Assembly (NCBI RefSeq): GCF_036503815.1
Contig: NZ_AP027764.1
Span: 2,309,298 to 2,341,297 of the forward strand
DNA from: Escherichia coli
GTDB lineage: Bacteria; Pseudomonadota; Gammaproteobacteria; Enterobacterales; Enterobacteriaceae
DNA: 32,000 nt
Direction of reading: 5' to 3'
Part shown: positions 11,339 through 18,661 of the stretch, piece by piece
Layout: each line of letters begins with the position of its first letter
How positions within the stretch are numbered: position 1 is the stretch's first letter
Notes under the pieces: generated by a model
The model's database searches: none
Told to the model about the DNA's origin: nothing
Seen by the model: the letters and a program-made list of their open reading frames with translations, nothing else
Program-made: the position numbers and the translations under genes

Positions 11339-12730
11339 TTAACGGTGTGCCAGTTCGGCGTCGTCTTCGCTATCCAGAATGGCTTTATCGGTTTGCTTCA
11401 GCCACTGGCTGGTCAGCGTGCCAGCGGTCATCGAGCCACTAACGTTTAGCGCCGTACGGCCCATGTCGATAAGCGGTTCAACGGAGATTAACAATGCCAC
11501 CAGCGTTACAGGCAGGCCCATCGCAGGCAGCACAATCAGTGCGGCGAAAGTTGCGCCACCACCGACACCGGCAACGCCTGCGGAACTAACGGTAACAATA
11601 CCGACCAGCGTCGCAATCCACATCGGGTCCAGCGGGTTAATGCCAACCGTAGGCGCAACCATCACCGCCAGCATTGCCGGATACAAACCGGCACAGCCGT
11701 TCTGACCAATGGTCGCACCGAAAGAGGCGGCGAAACTGGCGATGGATTCAGGAACACCGAGTCGACGCGTTTGTGCTTCCACATTAAGCGGGATAGACGC
11801 AGCACTGGAACGGCTGGTAAAGGCAAACGTCAGTACTGGCCATACCTTACGGAAGTACTTCAGCGGGCTCACGCCATTAATGCCCAGCAGAAGGCCATGC
11901 ACTGCAAACATAATCAGAAGACCGAGGTAGGACGCGACAACGAAACTACCCAGTTTGATGATGTCTTGCAGGTTAGAACCTGCAACCACTTTGGTCATCA
12001 GCGCCAGAACGCCGTAAGGGGTCAGCTGCATGACCAGGCGAACCAGTTTCATCACCCAGCTTTGCAGGGTATCGATAGCGGTTAAGACGCGTTCACCTTT
12101 CGGCGCATCATCCTTCAGCAGCTTCAGCGCAGCTACGCCGAGGAATGCGGCAAAAATTACCACGCTGATAATTGACGTCGGATTGGCTCCGGTCAGATCG
12201 GCAAACGGGTTTTTCGGGATAAAGGACAAGACCAGCTGCGGAACGCTCAGGTCAGAGACTTTACCAACATAGTTACTTTCGATGGCGTTCAAACGTGCAG
12301 TTTCTGCACCACCCTGAACCAGACCTTCAGCCGTCAAACCAAACAGGTTGGTGACCAGCACACCGACCAGCGCCGCAATCAGCGTGGTAAACAAAAGCGT
12401 TCCGATGGTCAGAAAACTGATTTTGCCTAACTGTGATGCGTTATGCAGACGGGCAACCGCGCTCAAAATAGAGGCGAAGACTAACGGCATAACGATCATT
12501 TGCAGCAGTTGAACATAGCCATTACCAACGATGTTAAACCACTGTACAGAATCTTTAAGTACCTGGCTGTCAGAACCATAAATGGTATGCAGGGCGAGGC
12601 CAAAAACCACACCCATCACCAGACCCACCAGCACTTTTTTCGCCAGACTCCACTGTTTATGGCGGGTCTGAGCCAGCGCAAACAGCAGTACAACGAACAC
12701 CACGATGTTCGCAATTAATGGAAAGTTCAT
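11339..12730 (-). CDS. tcyP: L-cystine transporter, sodium:dicarboxylate symporter (DAACS) family
   Basis: 463-aa polytopic membrane ORF. Matches remembered YdjN/TcyP of E. coli. Confidence 0.93.
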   Translation of the reverse strand: MNFPLIANIVVFVVLLFALAQTRHKQWSLAKKVLVGLVMGVVFGLALHTIYGSDSQVLKDSVQWFNIVGNGYVQLLQMIVMPLVFASILSAVARLHNASQLGKISFLTIGTLLFTTLIAALVGVLVTNLFGLTAEGLVQGGAETARLNAIESNYVGKVSDLSVPQLVLSFIPKNPFADLTGANPTSIISVVIFAAFLGVAALKLLKDDAPKGERVLTAIDTLQSWVMKLVRLVMQLTPYGVLALMTKVVAGSNLQDIIKLGSFVVASYLGLLIMFAVHGLLLGINGVSPLKYFRKVWPVLTFAFTSRSSAASIPLNVEAQTRRLGVPESIASFAASFGATIGQNGCAGLYPAMLAVMVAPTVGINPLDPMWIATLVGIVTVSSAGVAGVGGGATFAALIVLPAMGLPVTLVALLISVEPLIDMGRTALNVSGSMTAGTLTSQWLKQTDKAILDSEDDAELAHR

Positions 12731-12862
12731 CCCCGTTCTCCTGATCTTATTATTTCTATCACTGCGTAGCAGTCATAGTGTTGGCGCAAGATTAACAGAA
12801 CTGTGAGCTGGCTCTTATATTCAAATGGAATTGCTTATTCCAGAAAGGCGATTTTTGCCTTT

Positions 12863-13453
12863 TTAGTATTCAACCTGATGCTTAATAAGCCGATGAAACT
12901 GGATCTGCAAGGTATTGATCATTTGCGATGACCAACGAACAGCGCTGTTTTCGGGTAATGAATGGGGCATCCATACCGACCAGACAAATAATGCCATGCA
13001 GATAAAACGTTCCAGTTGGTTGCCCTTTTGGGGAACCAGGATAGGCAAGCGGAAACGCCAGCGGCATGGCCAGAGCAGGGGAACACCGGCGGGTGTCAGC
13101 ATATCGGCAAGTATGTGGCTCAAATAACCCAGCACCATGCCCTGCAATGCATCAGCCGGAATGAACCAGCTTTCAGGAACCTTAAGGTAAAAGGTTGCCA
13201 GCAGCGCAAATACCGCCAGCAGACTGTGGGTAAAACCACGATGCCCAAAAGCGCGGGCGATCGGTTTTGATATCCACTTTAATCGCTGCCCAAGAAACGA
13301 CTTTGGGTGATCGATGTCCGGTAACAAACACGTCAGGATTGCGGAAGGGACAATATGCCACCAGTCACCCTGTGCCAGCACGGGCGTCAGCTCGGCATTT
13401 TTGGCAAATACCGCACAAGCAATAGAAAAGAGAAGGTGACCTTCCGCCGTCAT
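12863..13453 (-). CDS. ydjM: LexA-regulated inner-membrane protein, YdjM (membrane-bound metal-dependent hydrolase) family
   Basis: The track ORF starts at GTG 13465. ATG 13453 gives the 196-aa MTAEGHLLFSIACAVF... product. His-rich motifs (PDIDHP, HRGFTHS, SHILAD) and tandem LexA boxes lie directly upstream. Confidence 0.9.
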   Translation of the reverse strand: MTAEGHLLFSIACAVFAKNAELTPVLAQGDWWHIVPSAILTCLLPDIDHPKSFLGQRLKWISKPIARAFGHRGFTHSLLAVFALLATFYLKVPESWFIPADALQGMVLGYLSHILADMLTPAGVPLLWPCRWRFRLPILVPQKGNQLERFICMALFVWSVWMPHSLPENSAVRWSSQMINTLQIQFHRLIKHQVEY

Positions 13454-13469
13454 GATAAAACTCACTAAA

Positions 13470-13503
13470 CTGTCGATACGTACAGTATAGGATTTTTATA
13501 CAG
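13470..13503. promoter_or_regulatory. Tandem LexA (SOS) boxes of ydjM
   Basis: Box 1 at 13470-13485, ctgtcgatacgtacag, is CTG-N10-CAG. Box 2 at 13488-13503 reads CTGTATAAAAATCCTA on the gene strand (good left half only). They match the two published ydjM boxes TACTGTACGTATCGACAGTT and CACTGTATAAAAATCCTATA. Confidence 0.85.
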
Positions 13504-13575
13504 TGCGCGGAAGTGGTGACGGTGTAACTCTTTCTCTTAAATTGACGATTAATCCGTCAGTTGAATGCAAATTCA

Positions 13576-13612
13576 GATAAAGAACCAGGAGCAGCGTGAT
13601 CACTGCCCCTGG
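13576..13612 (-). terminator. Rho-independent terminator of hxpB
   Basis: On the minus strand, ccaggggcag / cugcuccugg forms a 10-bp stem with one mismatch and an 8-nt loop, followed by UUCUUUAUCU. It starts 4 nt after the stop. Confidence 0.7.
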
Positions 13613-13615
13613 TCA

Positions 13616-14284
13616 TTAACCGAGAAGGTCTTTTGCGGTGAGTTCTGTCAGCGATGAGAGTTTGACGTTTGCTAATACAAAACGTGGATCATTTTGCGCT
13701 TCTGGCGCAGGAACGACGATGGAACGCATGCGGGCTGCTTTAGAAGCGATCATGCCATTTACCGAGTCTTCCAGCGCCACGCAGGTCAGTGGGTCAACGC
13801 CCAGTTTTGCTGCGCAGTCGAGATATACTTGCGGATGCGGCTTGCTGTAAGGCAATTTTTCAGCCGAGGCGAGGGCATCGAAACTGTCGCGTAAGTCAAA
13901 CATGGTCAACACTTTTTCCAGCATATGTAGTGGTGACGCGGAGGCCAGTCCCACCAATAAACCTTGTTCTTTGCATAACGCAACGGCTTCACGCACGCCT
14001 GGCAATAATGGGTGTGTCTCTTCAACCAGTGAAATGGCACGAGCAATAACCCGTTCTACTACTTCCTGACGGCTTGGACCATTCCAGGGTTGCCGGGCGT
14101 ACCAAAGATCGACCACCATATCGATGCGTAAACCTAAGGTGTCCGGCAGCTCGTTACGACGGGAGATATCCACCCCCAGGCTTGCCATCACATCCAGTTC
14201 GGCCCGATCCCATAAAGGTTCTGAGTCGATAAGTAATCCATCCATATCAAAAATTGCAGCAAGAATCTGACGCGGGGTTGACAT
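13616..14284 (-). CDS. hxpB: HAD-superfamily sugar phosphatase (hexitol phosphatase B / 2-deoxyglucose-6-phosphatase)
   Basis: 222-aa ORF with HAD motif I FDMDGLLIDSE and later HAD motifs (GLASAS, EDSVNG). Matches remembered YniC. Confidence 0.93.
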   Translation of the reverse strand: MSTPRQILAAIFDMDGLLIDSEPLWDRAELDVMASLGVDISRRNELPDTLGLRIDMVVDLWYARQPWNGPSRQEVVERVIARAISLVEETHPLLPGVREAVALCKEQGLLVGLASASPLHMLEKVLTMFDLRDSFDALASAEKLPYSKPHPQVYLDCAAKLGVDPLTCVALEDSVNGMIASKAARMRSIVVPAPEAQNDPRFVLANVKLSSLTELTAKDLLG

Positions 14285-14430
14285 TACAACCTCTCCTTTA
14301 GAGCATTATGTGTAAGGTATTAAGCCGTGCTTATGATTAAGCGCCTATCATATCGCCTTTAAAGAATGGGCGAAAACAGATATCTACAGGTAAACTAAGT
14401 GAAACGACGCGTCTTAATCAAGGAGAACTC

Positions 14431-14967
14431 ATGACGTATCAACAAGCTGGACGCATTGCTGTTTTGAAAAGGATTTTAGGTTGGGTGATTTTTATACCTG
14501 CATTGATCTCTACATTGATTTCTTTGCTGAAATTTATGAATACCCGGCAGGAAAACCAGGAAGGCATTAATGCGGTCATGCTCGACTTTACTCATGTCAT
14601 GATCGATATGATGCAGGCGAATACGCCTTTTTTGAATCTGTTCTGGTATAACTCCCCGACGCCCAATTTTAATGGTGGCGTGAACGTTATGTTCTGGGTG
14701 ATTTTCATCCTGATTTTTGTCGGACTGGCGTTGCAGGATTCCGGTGCCCGGATGAGTCGCCAGGCGCGCTTCTTGCGGGAAGGTGTTGAAGATCAACTCA
14801 TTCTGGAAAAAGCCAAAGGGGAAGAGGGGCTAACACGCGAACAGATTGAGTCACGTATTGTTGTCCCGCACCATACTATTTTCCTGCAGTTTTTCTCGCT
14901 GTATATCCTGCCGGTTATTTGTATTGCTGCAGGTTATGTGTTCTTTTCTCTGCTGGGGTTTATTTAA
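14431..14967 (+). CDS. yniB: Inner-membrane protein YniB, function unknown
   Basis: 178-aa ORF with GGAG 6 nt upstream and several hydrophobic spans (ILGWVIFIPALISTLISLL, VMFWVIFILIFVGLAL, FFSLYILPVICIAAGYVFFSLLGFI). Confidence 0.88.
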   Translation: MTYQQAGRIAVLKRILGWVIFIPALISTLISLLKFMNTRQENQEGINAVMLDFTHVMIDMMQANTPFLNLFWYNSPTPNFNGGVNVMFWVIFILIFVGLALQDSGARMSRQARFLREGVEDQLILEKAKGEEGLTREQIESRIVVPHHTIFLQFFSLYILPVICIAAGYVFFSLLGFI

Positions 14968-14969
14968 TC

Positions 14970-14994
14970 AAAAGGCCGCACGGAGCGGCCATTA
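14970..14994. terminator. Bidirectional terminator between the convergent yniB and yniA
   Basis: ggccgc / gcggcc stem (14974-14979 with 14985-14990) with a 5-nt loop. An A-run on the plus side gives a U-tract for the minus-strand yniA transcript. Confidence 0.7.
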
Positions 14995-15007
14995 TCCTCA
15001 CCCCATA

Positions 15008-15868
15008 TTATGCTGCTAATAATCTATCCAGTGACTGCTGAGCAATAACCAAATGCTGACCGCCAAATAACCTTGCACGATTTAACAGCGTGTAGAGTTG
15101 GTAAACCGGTTGACGTTCAAGGAAATCGGCAGGTAGCGGGGATACTGACTGATAGCCGTCATAGATTTGTGGCGGCTGTTCAGTATGCAGCGGTAACATC
15201 GCCAGGTCGCACTCTCGGTCACCCCAGTAGCAGGCCGGGTCGAAAATGTACGGGCCATCCGGACCCAGCGCACAGTTGCCGGACCATAAATCGCCGTGCA
15301 ACAGAGAAGGCTGCGGTTGATGCGAGGCCAGACGCTGCTGAATATGCTCGACGATGGCATCGATATTGCCGAAAGCGATCCCTTTTTCTGCCGCCAGTTC
15401 CAGCTGCCAGCCAATCCGTTGTTCAGCAAAAAAAGTTGACCAGCGACGTTGCCAGGTGTTGGGCTGGGGAGTTGTGGAGAGCGCGTTATCGAAATCGAGG
15501 CCAAATTGCGGTTGGTCGCTCCATTGATGTAAACGCGCAATTTGCTGACCAAGAATAAATGCGCTATGCGCATCCAGCGGGCGAGGTGGGAGATAATCCA
15601 TCACCAGAAAACTGTAGTCACGGTCAGCGCCAACTGCCCAAACCTTAGGCACGGTGACGGTTTTACTACGCGACAGTAACTCCAGTTGGTCGGCTTCGGC
15701 GGTAAAACCGGGAAGCAGTTCCCTTTCATCACATTTGACGAAAAAGTCACGTCCTGCATAGCGCAAATGCCATGCGGCATGGACTTCTCCGCCAGGCAGT
15801 TCATTACGCAGTTCGATTTCGCCTTCACCTAACTGCTCGCTCAAAAGACGACTGATTGCCTGCCACAT
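15008..15868 (-). CDS. yniA: Fructosamine/ketosamine-3-kinase family protein
   Basis: 286-aa ORF with the kinase catalytic-loop motif SLLHGDLWSGN and a fructosamine-kinase-like N-terminus. Matches remembered YniA. Confidence 0.9.
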   Translation of the reverse strand: MWQAISRLLSEQLGEGEIELRNELPGGEVHAAWHLRYAGRDFFVKCDERELLPGFTAEADQLELLSRSKTVTVPKVWAVGADRDYSFLVMDYLPPRPLDAHSAFILGQQIARLHQWSDQPQFGLDFDNALSTTPQPNTWQRRWSTFFAEQRIGWQLELAAEKGIAFGNIDAIVEHIQQRLASHQPQPSLLHGDLWSGNCALGPDGPYIFDPACYWGDRECDLAMLPLHTEQPPQIYDGYQSVSPLPADFLERQPVYQLYTLLNRARLFGGQHLVIAQQSLDRLLAA

Positions 15869-15973
15869 GATGTCTCTCCCATGTTGTCTGCCAGATCATA
15901 AGGTTAGCGCAAGAATGCGGTGTAAAAACACGAGCTAACGCACACCACAGACTGATTATTGCCCAAAAACCAT

Positions 15974-16264
15974 TTATTTTTTGTTGCTATTCCATTCCTC
16001 CCAGGTCGTGATGGTGATTTCAGGATCTTTGCCGGTTGCACTTTGGGTAAGCCCCGAAACCAGTTCTCTAATTTCTTCTTCACTTTGGGTACTGATAAGT
16101 CCAAAAGTGTTAGTCCCCAGCTCATGGATATTTCCATCATCATCCGTCATGGTGAGCAAAAAACCGTCGCGAGTCAGGTAATTATTCAACTCGTTAATTT
16201 CAGTCAATGTATCCTCGTGCAACATGACGGTTATGACATAACGGACAAGATCGCCACTGGCCAT
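15974..16264 (-). CDS. ydiZ: Small uncharacterised protein YdiZ (GhoS/DUF2622-like by eye)
   Basis: 96-aa ORF MASGDLVRYVITVMLHEDTLTEINELNNYLTRDGF... matches remembered YdiZ. By-eye alignment to remembered GhoS (YjdK) gives shared YV..., F, DDxG, L..N.F, and EI..L columns. Confidence 0.85.
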   Translation of the reverse strand: MASGDLVRYVITVMLHEDTLTEINELNNYLTRDGFLLTMTDDDGNIHELGTNTFGLISTQSEEEIRELVSGLTQSATGKDPEITITTWEEWNSNKK

Positions 16265-16364
16265 AGTTCACCCCTTTGTTATCACATGACTTTTGAGCAT
16301 AGTCGGAGAAACGCGTTGCCGACAGGTTGGTGGTGATTCCCCCAATGCAGGGGGAATGTTTCAG

Positions 16365-17294
16365 TTAGCGGGAAAGGTAAGCGTAAATTTTTTGTGTATC
16401 GTCATGGGAGCACAGGCGTGTTCCCTGATTGAGTGTGGCTGCACTCCCCGCAGCTACGCCAAAACGGACCATCTCTTCAAGAGAGGCATTTTCTGCCAGT
16501 TTCAGTGTCATCGCGCCGACCATGCTGTCACCAGCGCCAACGGTGCTCTGGCTTTTCACCGGTGGTGGCACAACCTGAATGCAGTTTTCACTATCAACGC
16601 CCAGCGCCCCTTGTGGACCCAGGGAAACGACAACTCGTTTGGCCTTGCCGCTATTAACGATTTCCTGCGCGGCTTTGCGGACATCGTCTGGCTGGGTGAG
16701 TTCGCGATTCACCAGCGCACTGAGTTCTTTTTGGTTAGGCTTAACCAACTCGATGTTACCAATCGCCAGTGCTGCACTTAACGCTTCGCCAGAACTGTCG
16801 ACGATACAGCGGATCCCTTGGTTTTGCGCAGCGGAAATCAGTTGGGTTAATTTTTCTAGCTTCACACCTGGCGGCAGGCTTCCGCTTATGACCAGGATAG
16901 CACCGGATTCAATTTCCAGAACTTGCTCTTCAAGCTGGCGAAACTCATCTTCACTTAATGCCGCGCCTGGCATGACAAAACGATACTGCTCACCGCTTGC
17001 TTCCACATGTACGTGTAAATTCTGCCGGGTCCAGTCTTTGGCTTCTACAGTAGCGACGGGGACATTTTCATCTGCCAACAGTGAAACCAGATGTTCGCCG
17101 GTCGCACCACCCGCCGGGAAGATCGCTGTGGCACTGCCTCCAAGATGGGCAATGGCGCGGGCGACGTTGATGCCGCCGCCTCCGGGTTCGAATACCGGTG
17201 CGGTACAGCGCAGCTTTCCTTCGGGATAAATTTGCGGGGTAATTGTTGCGCTATCGAGAGAGGGCGCAAGTGTCAACGTATAGATACGTACCAT
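16365..17294 (-). CDS. pfkB: 6-phosphofructokinase II (ribokinase/PfkB family)
   Basis: The second ATG (17294) has better spacing from GGAGG and gives 309 aa starting MVRIYTLTLAPSLD.... PfkB-family motifs are GGGGINVA and VGAGDSMVGA. Confidence 0.96.
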   Translation of the reverse strand: MVRIYTLTLAPSLDSATITPQIYPEGKLRCTAPVFEPGGGGINVARAIAHLGGSATAIFPAGGATGEHLVSLLADENVPVATVEAKDWTRQNLHVHVEASGEQYRFVMPGAALSEDEFRQLEEQVLEIESGAILVISGSLPPGVKLEKLTQLISAAQNQGIRCIVDSSGEALSAALAIGNIELVKPNQKELSALVNRELTQPDDVRKAAQEIVNSGKAKRVVVSLGPQGALGVDSENCIQVVPPPVKSQSTVGAGDSMVGAMTLKLAENASLEEMVRFGVAAGSAATLNQGTRLCSHDDTQKIYAYLSR

Positions 17295-17580
17295 CATTTC
17301 CTCCTATAGGCTGATTTCAGTCTGGCACCGAATCAGCGGAAAGTGAAGAAATTAACAATATGATTTATTAGAGCTTTATTTAAAATTTTGCAGATAAATA
17401 TATATAAATAAAAATCTGTTTTCGCCACATGCTTATTCAAAAAATGAAATAAGAATACATTGCTAAGTTATTCGCGCCTTTTTATAATTCGTTACCTTTC
17501 CAGGGACGCTAATCTTTGATCCTTAAGAAAGTTTCCGGGACCGCGAAGGTCTCTTTTTTTGTTGTACGGACTCTTGATAA

Positions 17581-18339
17581 ATGAAGCTTTTGAAGACAGT
17601 TCCTGCCATCGTTATGTTGGCGGGGGGCATGTTTGCGTCACTGAATGCAGCTGCCGATGATTCCGTTTTTACTGTCATGGACGATCCTGCCAGCGCTAAA
17701 AAACCTTTCGAAGGTAATCTGAATGCAGGATATCTTGCACAATCAGGCAATACGAAAAGCTCCTCACTTACGGCTGACACTACCATGACCTGGTATGGAC
17801 ATACCACTGCCTGGTCGCTGTGGGGGAACGCCAGTAATACCTCTTCTAATGATGAGCGTTCTTCAGAAAAATATGCGGCGGGCGGGCGTAGCCGTTTTAA
17901 TTTAACTGATTATGACTATTTATTTGGGCAGGCAAGCTGGCTGACAGACCGTTATAACGGCTATCGAGAGCGCGATGTGTTGACCGCGGGTTATGGTCGC
18001 CAGTTTTTGAATGGCCCGGTACACAGTTTCCGCTTTGAATTCGGTCCAGGTGTGCGTTACGACAAATATACCGACAATGCCAGTGAAACCCAGCCGCTGG
18101 GTTATGCCTCCGGGGCTTATGCATGGCAGTTGACTGACAACGCTAAATTTACGCAGGGTGTTTCAGTCTTTGGCGCGGAAGACACAACGCTGAACTCTGA
18201 AAGCGCATTAAATGTTGCTATTAATGAACATTTTGGACTGAAGGTGGCTTACAACGTCACATGGAACTCTGAACCTCCAGAGTCTGCACCGGAACATACC
18301 GATCGTCGGACAACCTTATCGCTGGGCTACAGCATGTAA
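17581..18339 (+). CDS. ydiY: Outer-membrane beta-barrel protein YdiY (DUF481 family)
   Basis: 252-aa ORF with signal peptide MKLLKTVPAIVMLAGGMFASLNAAA. The rest has an alternating aromatic/polar beta-strand pattern. Matches remembered YdiY. Confidence 0.9.
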   Translation: MKLLKTVPAIVMLAGGMFASLNAAADDSVFTVMDDPASAKKPFEGNLNAGYLAQSGNTKSSSLTADTTMTWYGHTTAWSLWGNASNTSSNDERSSEKYAAGGRSRFNLTDYDYLFGQASWLTDRYNGYRERDVLTAGYGRQFLNGPVHSFRFEFGPGVRYDKYTDNASETQPLGYASGAYAWQLTDNAKFTQGVSVFGAEDTTLNSESALNVAINEHFGLKVAYNVTWNSEPPESAPEHTDRRTTLSLGYSM

Positions 18340-18347
18340 CATTATCT

Positions 18348-18383
18348 GCCGGACCGTAGTATGCGGTCTGGCTGTTTTCGTTT
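18348..18383 (+). terminator. Rho-independent terminator of ydiY
   Basis: gccggaccg / cggtctggc is a 9-bp stem with one G-U pair and a 7-nt loop, followed by tgttttcgttt. Confidence 0.8.
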
Positions 18384-18391
18384 GTCACTGC

Positions 18392-18499
18392 TCAGCCCCA
18401 AATCATTGCTGCCCAACGTAGCAACAACATAGCGCCACAGATTGCCAGTAGCACCACCACCATCTTCCAGTGTTTTTTATCAAAGCGTTTAGTCGGCAT
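18392..18499 (-). CDS. yniD: Small (35 aa) single-pass membrane protein YniD
   Basis: MPTKRFDKKHWKMVVVLLAICGAMLLLRWAAMIWG has AGGA 7 nt upstream of ATG 18499. It matches the experimentally detected K-12 small protein as I remember it. The track's 72-aa version starts at an SD-less GTG. Confidence 0.8.
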   Translation of the reverse strand: MPTKRFDKKHWKMVVVLLAICGAMLLLRWAAMIWG

Positions 18500-18626
18500 A
18501 CCAGTGTCCTGCATATCTCTTGTGCGTGATAACGGAGTGTAACAAAAGGGACAGGCAACAAGGGATTTTTTGCAATTGCAGCCGTCGGGTGGCGTTGTGC
18601 ACCCGGTCACTGTTATTGAGTTTAAA

Positions 18627-18646
18627 GTATATGTATCAACATATAC
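18627..18646 (-). terminator. AT-rich perfect hairpin downstream of arpB (possible terminator)
   Basis: gtatatgt atca acatatac is a perfect 8-bp inverted repeat 16 nt after the arpB stop. On the minus strand it is followed by UUUAAACUC. Confidence 0.45.
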
Positions 18647-18661
18647 ATCGTAAATATTTAG

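Noticed and set aside
15073-15573. Pair of ~160-aa overlapping ORFs on both strands inside yniA
   Set aside because: The yniA frame carries the kinase motif HGDLWSGN. The others are frame artefacts.
16579-17229. 216-aa ORF antisense to pfkB
   Set aside because: S/A/P/T-rich low-complexity translation of the pfkB antisense frame, with no start context.
13616-17294. Possible sugar-phosphate or deglycation cluster (hxpB phosphatase, yniA ketosamine kinase, pfkB sugar kinase)
   Set aside because: hxpB and yniA are separated by the opposite-strand yniB and have their own terminators. The layout matches the ordinary core genome, and I see no shared regulator or transporter, so co-function is not supported by the sequence.
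17523-17807. 94-aa minus-strand ORF overlapping the ydiY start
   Set aside because: It is antisense to the ydiY signal peptide region and has no SD. ydiY is well supported.
18500-18610. In-frame 37-codon N-terminal extension of yniD with a zinc-ribbon-like Cys pattern (C-x-C ... C-x-x-C: GCNCKKSLVACPFC)
   Set aside because: The extension starts at a GTG with no SD, whereas the internal ATG 18499 has AGGA at ideal spacing and gives the known 35-aa product. It would only be worth revisiting if Ribo-seq shows upstream initiation.
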